Positions 52,030 to 64,000 of a DNA stretch of 64,000 bases are shown piece by piece. The stretch is from NCBI GenBank assembly GCA_964016885.1, contig OZ024741.1:173414001-173478000 (forward strand), given 5' to 3'. The notes under the pieces were generated by a model. It ran no database searches, was not told where the DNA came from, and saw only the letters and a list, made by a program, of their open reading frames with translations. This DNA is from Eledone cirrhosa (lineage: Eukaryota). The position numbers were made by a program, and so were the translations under genes. Positions within the stretch are counted from its first letter, which is position 1, and each line of letters opens with the position of its first letter.

Positions 52030-52360
52030 GGCTTAGTGATTAGAGCATAGTGCTAACAAACATTAGGTTGTGAGTTCGATTCTTGGACCGGGATTTGCAT
52101 TGTGTTCTTGAGCAACACACTTTATTTCATGCTGCTTCAGTTCACTCAGCTGTAGAAATGAGTTGCGACATCACTGGTACTAAGCTATTTCGGCCATTGC
52201 CTTTCCCTTTGACAACATTGGTGACATGTAGAGGGGAGACTGGTATGCATGGGCGACTGCTGGTCTTCCTCAAACAACCTTGCTCAGACATGTGACTTGG
52301 AGGGGAACTTTCAAGGTGCAAATCCTATGATCATTCATGACTGAAGGGGGTCTTTACCCT
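52030..52360 (+). mobile_element. tRNA-derived SINE (gtgttcttgagcaa core family) flanked by (TA)n
   Basis: A box tggcttagtgattag, B box gagttcgattc, core, and 3' end gaagggggtctttaccct. Confidence 0.75.
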
Positions 52361-52479
52361 ATATATATAGTATGGAAATGTGATGCATATGGAAGATAGC
52401 ACTGGCATTCAAAAGAGGCAGAGAGACCCCAATGGATCTAGGGAAGAAGCAGGCACAGGAGGACTTAAAAAACTAATCC

Positions 52480-53060
52480 TTAACTTGACAAAGGACCGCT
52501 TGGCACTATCCAAGAAGTTAATCTGACTCATGTGCTCACCTGATTGGTCGGTTATTAAGTGGTTGGTAGGTTTTTTGAAGTTAGTGTTGCAAATGGTTAG
52601 TTCATTTGCATCACAAAATTCAAGGAACCTCACTACTTTTTCATTTCTTGAGCCATAACTATGACCACCATGTACCCCAGTGTATCCATCCTGGAGCTGT
52701 CCAACATGACCATTGAAGTTCCCTGTTAGTATAACTAGGTCTCTGTCCTCTGTCATTGTGGTTGTCTCTAGAAGTTGTTCATAAAAGTAGTCCTTCTTTT
52801 CTTTACATAGGCCCGCTTGGGGAGCATAGGTAGAGATAATTGTCAGTAGTCTATTGCCTACAACTAATCTAATATTAATTATTCTATTACTGACTCTAAC
52901 TACCTATATTGTCTTATTGATCCATCTCTCCGCCAGTAAAATGCCTACCCCACCTAACCCATCATCATTTCCTACCCAGAAAAATCTTATAGCTAAGCTG
53001 TTTGCCTACAATTAGTCCTGTTGAGGCACCTCTCCTTCTCACCTCTTGCACGCAGCACAT
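52480..53060 (-). mobile_element. RTE LINE apurinic-endonuclease fragment
   Basis: ORF 52409-52756 reads LVILTGNFNGHVG...GVHGGHSYGSRNEK...FLEFCDANELTICNTNFKKPTNHLIT. Confidence 0.85.
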
Positions 53061-53446
53061 CAACATGTCTTCTCTGTAGCATCTCCACTGTATCACCCAT
53101 ATCTACCTGTCAAGGTGCCAACATTAAGTGTGGCAACCCTGAGATGCTACGTCTTTCATTGTTTCTTCCTTTTCTGCAAAGAAAAATGGTTTATAATCAT
53201 GTTGTTATGCGATTACTTGATAACAGTCGGGGGTTCTCGCACAAGGCCGCACTAGCCACCCCACTACCGTGCGCAACCCTAACATGGTTAGTGTTATTGC
53301 TGTTTATGCAGTTATTGTGATATTTATTTGTTGTGCTCATAATTGTTTTGGCATTAATATACTGGTTGGATGCTTTTCCTAACACCACCACCACTTTACA
53401 GCATGGACTGGATGCTTTTATTCGTGCCACCAGCACTAGAGATTTC

Positions 53447-53507
53447 TGTGTGTCTCTGATCAAATCATCGGAATACAGTATTCCGATGATTTGATCAGAG
53501 ACACACA
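53447..53507. repeat. Perfect 61-bp palindrome (30-bp arms, 1-nt centre)
   Basis: tgtgtgtctctgatcaaatcatcggaatac-a-gtattccgatgatttgatcagagacacaca. Confidence 0.95.
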
Positions 53508-54055
53508 CTGTATTTAAGGTCGAGTGACGCAATTTCGAGTGATTAGCGGCCTTTAGACTCACCTGATCAATGAACCAATTGTTAATACTGTAAATAAATC
53601 CCTATTTCTACAACCGACCATGTTATTCTTCACTCTTTCACTACTATATACATATATATTTTATTTATACTAGCAGAGTAACCTGTCGTTGCTGGGCAAT
53701 TTTCACCATAGAATGCCTTTTTCCAATTTTTTTTTATTCCATGTTAGACCATGTCTCCCCTGTGCCTCCTCTCTCATTACTTACTGGGACGCAGATTTCA
53801 CCAAAACTGAATTTATTTTGTTTATCTCATGGGTTGGCTAAGAAGAACATGGAAATATAAAGCTAATTAAGAAATGCAACAAATAGTAAGGAGTGCATTT
53901 ATCCAGATTTATACATGAAAGGAATTCTTTTCGTACTTCTTTCTTCAGTAAGGTCTTCTTCGATGGATAGGGCTCTTGAACAGGACGGATTTCCACATTA
54001 TTTTGGCCAATTTATCACTTCTCAATAAACAATGTTTTTGTTTTTCCATTTGGTG

Positions 54056-55007
54056 CATGGATGGAAAGATTTTTCTTACTTCCTACTCTTCCAATTCATT
54101 TTTGCCAGTAACATGAAATAAAGTGTCTGGTTCACGGACTCAACATGCTAAAAGGAGTGTGTCACACTCACAACCATACAATCATAAGCTGAATACCCTA
54201 ATCTCTAAGCCATGCTGCAATGAAAAGTCATATACACATTATTAATACAAAATACAAAGACAGACAGAAGAAAAAATCGTTTCTGTGGATGATAAAAAAA
54301 AAACATTCACTAAACTGATTGGCTATCTGTCACCTTTTCACTTTGTGCATTGATGGATATTTTTGTTGATAGAAATGATGGTGTCTTCTAAAGACATTCA
54401 ATTTTGGAGATCTTGAAGTTGAGTTATTTCGCTTATCAAGTTATATTTTTTATTACTAATAACCAAAAACATTCTTCTCAGGGCGCAGATATCAAAAATC
54501 AAATCCGTTTTTGTATAGGACGAACTGTTTCAGAGTCTTTCAGATGCATACAAACATACTTAGATTTTTGATATCTGTGCCCCAAGAAGAATGTTTTTGG
54601 TTATTAGTAATAAAAAATATAACTTGATAAGCGAAATAACTCAACTTCAAGATCTCCAAAATTGAATGTCTTTAGAAGACACCATCATTTCTATCAACAA
54701 AAATATCCATCAATGCACAAAGTGAAAAGGTGACAGATAGCCAATCAGTTTAGTGAATGTTTTTTTTTTATCATCCACAGAAACGATTTTTTCTTCTGTC
54801 TGTCTTTGTATTTTGTATTAATAATGTGTATATGACTTTTCATTGCAGCATGGCTTAGAGATTAGGGTATTCAGCTTATGATCGTATGGTTGTGAGTGTG
54901 ACACACTCCTTTTAGCATGTTGAGTCCGTGAACCAGACACTTTATTTCATGTTACTGGCAAAAATGAATTGGAAGAGTAGGAAGTAAGAAAAATCTTTCC
55001 ATCCATG
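54056..55007. repeat. ~950-bp inverted duplication (445-bp arms, ~62-bp spacer)
   Basis: 54056-54500 is the reverse complement of 54563-55007 with only a handful of mismatches. Confidence 0.95.
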
Positions 55008-55631
55008 TCAGGTCACCAGTTGGTGCTACTGGTAACATGTATCCCAGTACAACCTGTCTCATGGTCGGGTTGTTGGCGACTAAACTGGCAACCCCACCAA
55101 GGTTTCTTGGTGAGGAGGGTGACTTTGGACATTCTGCAGGACTAAAAATAAAACCTGTCAAAGGGCAAAGGAGTTCTTAAGAGTCAATGGCCATCCAAAA
55201 TCACCGCGAGAGATGACCCCTTAGCCTTTGTCAAGGCAGAATTCTAGGAGAAGGAAAACTCTGATATAACACCTGCAACCCTGATGGTATCCAATGATGT
55301 TGACTTGTTCTTCTTTTTGGTAAATATCATCTTGGTTAAGAGAGTGGGACTGGCTTTGTGCAGTGCCTTTGCTCACTATAAAAGCTTCACGGCACAGGCA
55401 TTGCTTTATATCTGGAGATCTCTCTGCACTTGTCGTCACATGGTACCATGGGCCCAGCACTATGTGTCAATAATTGTCACAAGTGTAGTGTTTGTACCAG
55501 AGTTTTCAAGTTGCTGGCTGAACTAAAAAGTGACACTCGTTCAGCGCATTGGTAGGGGTTCTCCTACATGGATATAAAGTAGTGGCCGTACTCGAAAACG
55601 AGTTGGAATCCACCATATATGTATATATATA

Positions 55632-55824
55632 TATGAAGGTCAGCTGAAAAGTTCATAGACACTCTGATGGAATGACTAAATGAGGTTTATTTTTCAACAT
55701 AGTCTCTGGAAAGAAACAATGCAATCATTAATAAGAAGAGTTGAAATTAATGCATACAAGATTTCACAGCCCTAACTATAATTTCTTCATAGTCAGCCTA
55801 TAAATATTTCAGCCAACCCTCGTA
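55632..55824. mobile_element. Tc1/mariner-type MITE
   Basis: TA-flanked imperfect terminal inverted repeats tatgaaggtcagctgaaaagttcatag / ctataaatatttcagccaaccctcgta. Confidence 0.65.
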
Positions 55825-56269
55825 TATACATGTGTATGTACACATATATTAAAACTATGGTTATCACTAGTAATCAAGAATGATTGTATGACTTGATAGT
55901 ATGTACCATGCATTGACTAACATCTTTACTTGCCTATAGAGTCACAAGCAGATACAGGCATCCTCTTGACCTTCCCTCTCTTGATCCAGTGAAACATCCA
56001 GGATGTGACAGCTGAATGGAGAAAGGGAGCTGTATCAGCACTGCATGCAAAGCAAGGTAGACCTTCGGGGAATTTAAACTCAGAACAGAGAGGAGACCTG
56101 GAAGAAATATTCAATGTTCAAATGACTCTGCCAAATCACCCTTCTATGTGATCATTTACCCTGCTAAAAATAGTTGCTAAAGTTCTTTTAAATGACATCT
56201 TCAAGGGTTTTCATATGCCATCTAAGTCCAAGGACCAACATCTAGGAAGTACCTCTATTATTAAATAAT

Positions 56270-56505
56270 AATTGTTTCTAGATTTGGCACGAGGCCAGCA
56301 ATTATCCTAGTGTAATACTTGTTTCTACTTTGACACAAGGCCAGCAATTATCCAGTACATTACTGGTACTTTATTTTATCGACCCCGTAAGGATGAAAGG
56401 CAAAGTTAACCTTGACGGGATTTGAACTCAAACCGTAAAGGGACGTAACTATGCTAGAAAGCATGGCATCCAACCCTCTACTGATACTGCCAATTCACCG
56501 CCCTT
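56270..56505 (-). mobile_element. SINE family A with a duplicated tail
   Basis: Reverse copy flanked by tattaaataataat. Confidence 0.85.
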
Positions 56506-56829
56506 ATTAAATAATAATGGCTTCTAATATAGGCAGAAGGTCAATAATCTGCAGGAGGAGCAGTGAATTAAATTGACTGAAGTACTTGACTGATACATTA
56601 CTTCATCACCCCCAACCCCCATTTCTTCAGAAAGGAAGTTAACCTCAGCAGGACAAAGCATTTGTACAACACTCTAATGATTCTGCCAATCCATGAACTC
56701 TTTATTATTATTAATAATTGTTTCTACTTTTGGCACAAGGCCAGCAATTATCCCAGTGCATTACTGGTACTTTATTTTATCGACCCCGTAAGGATGAAAG
56801 GCAAAGTTAACCTTGGCGGGATTTGAGTG

Positions 56830-57525
56830 TTGGTGACATGACAAAAAAGCACATAGTCCACACTGTAAAGTGGACATGTAGGTGTCATGACAAAAAGCAG
56901 TCAGTACACACTGTAAAGTGGTCGTATAGGTGTCATGACAAAAAGCACCCAGTACACACTTTAAAGTGGTCATGTAGGTGTCATGGTGGAGGCACATGGC
57001 CTAGTGGTAAAGGTGTTGGACTTACAATCATAATGTCATGGGTTTGATTCCTGGGTTGCGTGTTGTATTCTTAAGCAAAACACTTCATTTCACATTGCTC
57101 CAGTATACTCAGTTGAAAGTGAATACCAGCAATAGCTGGGGGTTTAACCCTGCGATGGACTGGCATCCTGCCCAGGAGGAAGTCTTGTACTCTCAGTCTC
57201 TTCACGCCATGAAACCAGGATAAGCACCAGCCAAATGAGCCTTCTGGTTTAAGACAGACTTTAGACTTTAGGTGTCATGACAAAAAGCACCCAGTACACA
57301 CTTTAAAATGGTCATGTAGGTGTCACGAAAAAAAGCACCCAGGACAAACTTTAAATGTGGTTGGCATTAAGAAGGGCCAAAGAAACTAAGCCAGAATCAG
57401 TTATGTATGGGCATGACACAATCATCTGACCTGGCTTGTCAAATAATCGGACAACTCATCTAATGCATGCTAGCATGGAAAAATGGATGTTTAATGGTGA
57501 TGATGATGATGATGATGATGATGAT
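56830..57525 (+). mobile_element. RTE 3' UTR with ~45-bp internal repeats and a nested SINE (~56985-57270)
   Basis: Repeated caaaaagcacccagtacacactgtaaagtgg units and a (GAT)n tail. The SINE is flanked by taggtgtcatg. Confidence 0.8.
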
Positions 57526-58457
57526 AAACAAATGAATAAAGGAAACTTAAACAAGTAACATCTAAAAGCTTTTAGAAGTGATTTTGTTATAGAGGGATAC
57601 AAATTAACACTGTAGGGCTGGGTAACCCTAAATCTATGGTTGTCATTAATAATATAAAACCATTAATAGTGGTGTATTGACAGAATTGGTTATTTGTTCT
57701 GGTTATTTATGTTCTCCATTAAATCCTGCTGTGGTGGACTTTGCCTTTCATCCTTTCAAAGTCAATAAAATACTGTACCAGTCAAATATTAGGATTGATA
57801 TAGTCGACTTTCTCTTTCCCTAAATTACTGGCTTTATACCAAAAGTAGAAATCATCAATAGTAGAGTGGTGGATTGGCAGAATCAGTAGAGTTTCAGAAA
57901 AAATGTCATTGCAGTATTTATATAAAAATGAGGTTAACTTTGTCAACCTTCCAGGCTCAATAAAATAAAGTACAAGTCTTGTACTGAAGTCAATTTAATT
58001 AACAGCTCCTCCTTCAAATGACTGCCCTAGTGCATATAGAAAAGTACCAGTCATTTACTGGGGGTTGATTTAATTTATTTTGCCCTTCCCTCAAATTTGC
58101 TGGCATTTGCCTATATTAGAAATCTATATTACAAGGGACGTGTTGTTTCATAAGAAGAGCCCTATAACAATTTTTTTAGTTTATGTAAAATCAATACTAA
58201 AATGTACCTACAAACTATTCCTATCTTAGTTTTAGCAGGATTAGTATGTCTACATTTAGAGTTATAAAAGAAATTAAGTTTGTGGTCATTAAGGTGGTAA
58301 TATGCAGGTTCGGGGTTAGACATTCAACCTAGTCATCTATTTTAAGATCTGTAACTTTGCCTTTAGGTTTTAAATTTATAGAATTGTATATATTGACTGG
58401 CTCCTGGTGTATTGTAGGTATTGGTAATATCATTGGAAAGAAACATGTTGAAAACAT

Positions 58458-58547
<90 letters not shown>

Positions 58548-59241
58548 GAAGAGAGAAGAAACATTTAGATATAATTAGTAATAAAATGTATCATACCTAA
58601 ACTGCTCCTAAATTCCTCGACTACATAGTTTCGTGGCATAAACAAAAACAATATATCATAAAGATATAGAGTCCCTGCGAGGTCTGCCGACTTATCAAGA
58701 GGATACCTCATTTTACTAGTCTCAAGAACGCGTCTACACGACGTGAGAAAGAATCCCAAAAGGCGGAGGGGGAGATAGTCACGCGGTATAACGGTCGAGA
58801 AACAGAGCTAAGCCTCTTATAACCACGAAGAAAATACCACGGAGGCGGAGGGGGTATTCATATCGAGGCCGCAGAAGAGGTGGTGAAGAAGGCTAGAAGT
58901 ATGAGTAATGGAAGCTTTCCAGTTGTCCCCACACTTCAAAGATTGCTCGACCAGAGGGAGTTATTAACAATATATTTAGAAACACACAGATACATGCGGA
59001 CACACACATATATACATGAATGCATCCGCACCCAACTGTGAGTTAAGGGTGCCAACTTCACCGATGTTGCTCAATGAATGACTGGGACAGACCAATCCGG
59101 TTGAACCAGACTGAACCAGTATCAGAGTTAAAAATACATTATGTATATATATATATATATATATATATCGGGTTCAGTCGGGGGTAACCACAGTAAGTAA
59201 GGTATTCAATACATAGCAAAGTATAAATATTTAATATAGAG

Positions 59242-59599
<358 letters not shown>

Positions 59600-59685
59600 G
59601 TAATAATAATAAATTTGAAGACTAAAATCCAAAGAGGGCTCGATAAGGATAAATATATATCAAATATATAAGAACCGTAGAGCAA

Positions 59686-59861
59686 ATATTTATTAAAATA
59701 ACAGATTAAAGTTTAAGCAAAGAATCGCTGCTTTCACCCTTAACGGGATCTTCTGAAACCAAAAATATATATATATATTTTTTTTTAGTTTCAGATGATC
59801 TCGCTAAAGGTGAAAGCAGCAATTTTTTGCTTAAACTTTAATCTGTTATTTTAATAAATAT
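59686..59861. repeat. Imperfect ~175-bp palindrome around a (TA)n centre
   Basis: atatttattaaaataacagattaaagtttaagcaaa... / ...tttgcttaaactttaatctgttattttaataaatat. Confidence 0.85.
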
Positions 59862-59927
59862 ATATATATATATATATATTATTCAAAATATTAATAAATG
59901 GATACATTCACATAATCAAAATATATG

Positions 59928-59989
59928 TTTTATTATATATATTTCGGAGGTACTGTGCTGTTTTTTCAGTACGTCCTCATCAGATAAAA
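59928..59989 (-). ncRNA. Canonical type I hammerhead ribozyme
   Basis: Minus strand reads ttttat-CTGATGA-ggacgtactg aaaaaacagca cagtacctcc-GAAA-tatata-TA-ataaaa. Stem I is 6 bp, stem II is 10 bp with one C-C mismatch, stem III is palindromic, and the cleavage triplet is AUA. Confidence 0.8.
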
Positions 59990-60436
59990 TACATAAATTG
60001 ATGTATGACATACCTCAACTGTGCTGATGGTTCAATTCCAGTCTTGGAACAAAACTCAATATTTATATACAAAACTCAATATTTATATACCACAAGTAAA
60101 AGTGTGACAAACTAAATATGATGGAGAGGGATAAGTAGTGAGAAATAAGTATTAGGAGTGGGTGAGTAGGAGAAAGTATAGAATAAATAAATAAATAAAA
60201 AACACATAAGTATATAAATGTTAAATATTTAAATATGTAAATATCCGCGTTATAGAAAAAACTTTAACTGTTGAGTGCTTTTAATCTATTGTAAAACTAT
60301 ATTCATTGAATAATCAATGAACCTTGTTTAACATTTGGTTATATATATATATATATATATGTGTGTGTATATATATATCATCATCATCATCATATATATA
60401 GACACACACCCATATGCATACATGCACTCAGAGCAA

Positions 60437-60481
<45 letters not shown>

Positions 60482-60848
60482 GTAAAGCAGCTAAAGCTGT
60501 AATATCAGAAGTGTCCATGTCTTATTAGGTTTTCCTTAAGCTGATTAGAAGCACTGGTAATATCCCAAGAGAGCTGGATTTTCTTTTTAATGTATACAAT
60601 ACGAATGAGTGACTGGTGTAAACTTACTGCCAATCATATAGAATGTCTACAACAATAGCAACATCAACAACGATGACCATTCACAAAGAAAATATCTACA
60701 CTGGGAAAAATAAATTTTTGTACAATTAAAAGGAACAAGTGAGAATTGTGGATATTCCTTGGAATAGCTTTGTCGAAATTCTTAATACAACTCAGAATGT
60801 GACAACCTTTCTTTAACTTTAAAATTTGAGTTTTTTCCTGTCCTCACC

Positions 60849-61200
<352 letters not shown>

Positions 61201-63229
61201 AGTAAAATCGATCACCTACACATTCAAGACAATGTTATGAATAAATCATGAATGATTTAATATTCCCTTTGACTGGGTATCTTTTTCTATTTTTCCTTTT
61301 TTTTTTCTCTCTTTCTCTCTTTCTTCTCCTTGCAATCTTCTACATGGTGTCCTTCTTCAAATTGCATTGTGCACATAATGTTGTCTCAAGTTACAGCAGT
61401 CAGCCAATATTACCTGAAGACAGAACACATGTTCCGGTAGTCCCGATGGATTTAAAGCAATCTATATTAAGTCATTAGATATACACAATGGAGAGGATCT
61501 GAAACTGTCATTTTTCTATTCTTTTTTTCTATCAGCAGAAAATGTAAATGGATTTGTGCAATAATTCGAAATATTAACAACCTTTAACCATTTCTTTGAA
61601 TTGAATAATCAAACTGAAACCCCCACAAGTCAAGGAATTGATCAGTGGTAAATCTGAATGTCTAAGAGAACTTTCAGCTTTGGAATACTAATGGGATAAA
61701 GTATTCAGTAGGATAACATTAGTAAAACATTTATAATACCAACATCTTAATGATTAGAATAAACTAAGATATGTCTTAATCTAATTATACAGAACACAGT
61801 AATTTAAGTCGAGTTTTAAAGTCAAGTAATTTACCATAAATGTATGAAATTTGATACTACAAAATTAGAAGTTCTTGTTGTGTAACCCCATGTTAGTCTT
61901 GATCAAATAGACAGTCATGTGGCATGCAGATAGTTGGCTTAATGAAGACACTCAGTCCACTGAGCATATTTCCAGTTATACTATTTCTCTTCTTAGGAGA
62001 GGACAAATACTGCATAATATGACATACAGAGAGGAAATGTGTTAGGGTGCAGTGTGACAGTCTAAACATGTTGTAATCTCTCCACTGGTCAGTTGCAGAG
62101 GTTAAGCCCCAGCTGCTAATGGTACTCTTTACTTTGGAAAAGAGTGGACTGGGGCAACATGAAATGAAACATCCTGCTCGAAGAAATGAACCCTTGACCT
62201 TATAATCATGACATGGGCCCAACAGCTTAACTACTAGTCATGTGACATGCAAGTAGTTGGTCAAATGAAGACACTCAACCTACAGATGCATATTTCCAGT
62301 TATACCATGTCAAATCATAGCTGACAACAAATACTACATGATATGACATACAGAGAAGATTAGTATAGGGGTGCAGTGTGATAGTCTGGATATGTTGCAA
62401 TCTTTTCACTGGCTGGTATATTTCTGTACACCTGTAAATTCTGGTGCTGAATACAGCAGAGGCAATCAAGATGAACTTGGTCAGAGTGCAACAGATTCTG
62501 TTCTTCTGCTCTTATTGTTGGTGGTATGTGTCCTCCCAGCAGCGTGTTTGGGTCCAGTGCAACTATTGATGTTACAATGTTTTCTGTGTTTTGGGGTTTT
62601 GCTTTTTGAAACTATCACGGTATTTTCTATGTTTAGTTAGTGAATACTGTTGTTGTTGAGTGTAGTGGTCTGAATTTGTATTGGAATTTGGTGAGTGGAG
62701 GAGAGATATATATGGGCTAGTGATGTTAAGAATAAGACTTTCTAGAATTGCTGAGGATGTATTTAGGTAGGTGGTAGGTCTTTATGATGTTACTTCCCAT
62801 AGGCTATATAACTGTTATAATTTTGTACATGAGAGCTAAAAGTGTCACCAGTTTCTCTGTCTTCCCTTTACTGCTGTTTGGTCCAGAGTTGCTTATTCAC
62901 CCGGCAAGAGCTGGCTTATATTGCAGCTAACCATGATGTCTTTTGGCCATATTCACCACTTATAACCTATTCTCCAGCAGACCATCCCTACCAAGAAAAC
63001 TCTCCCAACCCAGTGATGTAGTTATGATGAAACAAGTAAAGACTTCCTCTAAAAATGCCTAGTCTCCTCAGGTCTGAGAAAATTAACAAATTGGTGACTG
63101 GCATGAATAAGACCACCAAAACTAAAGTATAGTCAGATTGAATAAAATCAATCACACCTTATCAGCCTTCAGGAAGGGTAAAAATGGATGTATTCAGTCA
63201 CTACAGTCCTTCATCAAACCAAGTATGAG

Positions 63230-64000
63230 ATTCAATGATTTGAGATCAGCTCATACAACTTCTACCCAGATTTCCTTGGCTTCCCTCTACAGTAACTGTT
63301 TTCCATTGGGATTTTTTGGAATGTCTTCACCCAATGATCCAATGATAATCATCCATGTGCATCATATAACCATACCAGCACTGTCTTCTCTCCTGCATAC
63401 TAAATCTAACTCCTCTTATACTCAGGTTTTCTCTTAGGTCATCTATGCATTGTCTTTCATGCATATTCACATTACATATCCACCAAAGCATGCTTGCTTC
63501 ATTTCTTGCCAGACTTTTCAAGTCCTCTGTATTCACTCTTCATGTTTCACTATGATGCAAAATCGCACTTCACACACAGGCATCATACAGCCAGCCTTTC
63601 TTTCATATAGAGAAACCTTTTGTTGTTAACAGAGGTAGTAGCTCCTTGAACTTTTTCCATCATGTTTTTACTCTTCTTTCTTACTTATCCAAACTTTGGT
63701 TTACTCTAAACCCTTTTGATTCGAAGTTTTGTTTCCAAAGCTGGAATTTCTTCTCTAGCTCTTCTAGTGATTAAGATATAAGAATCAGATCATCGGCATT
63801 CAGAAGTTCCCATGGACAATCTGACTTAAGCTCCTCTGCTATGGCCTAGAGAGCTATGATGAACTGCAATGGGCTGAGGATAGAGCCCTGATGAATACCT
63901 ACCTTCATTTAAATTCCTCACTAAACTAATTACCTTCTCCCACCTTTCTGACAGCTCCTTGCCATTTTTCTACACCTAGTTTTCTTAAGGACCACCAGAT
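63230..64000 (-). mobile_element. Decayed RTE LINE RT fragment
   Basis: Minus strand shows GIHQGSILSPL, CPWELLNADDL, ARNEASMLWWICN and WYGYMM. Confidence 0.8.

Noticed and set aside
62371-62640. Signal-peptide-like hydrophobic stretch LLLLLLVVCVLPAACLG
   Set aside because: There is no suitably placed start codon or convincing splice structure, and it sits among decayed repeats.

Overview
AT-rich, repeat-saturated eukaryotic genomic DNA. It is most likely from an octopod or other coleoid cephalopod, inferred from the tRNA-derived SINE families, RTE, R4/Dong, Tx1 and Penelope retroelements, dense microsatellites and a molluscan-type neuropeptide. Nearly all listed ORFs are microsatellite read-through or decayed transposon fragments. 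The one clearly host-like coding segment is missing from the ORF track: a + strand exon at 16420-16614 encoding a CCAP (crustacean cardioactive peptide)-family precursor segment, KR-VFCNTFGGCTSLL-R. The non-coding DNA holds several hammerhead ribozyme motifs: a textbook one at 59928-59989, a U3-A8 core variant present on both strands at 50956-51214, and Penelope-borne ones at 31042-31081 and 49259-49298. It also holds many fold-back palindromes (up to ~950 bp at 54056-55007), a 26-copy 62-bp minisatellite that grew from a small palindrome, and an R4/Dong-like retrotransposon embedded in (TACA)n. Coordinates of decayed elements are approximate and were read by eye.
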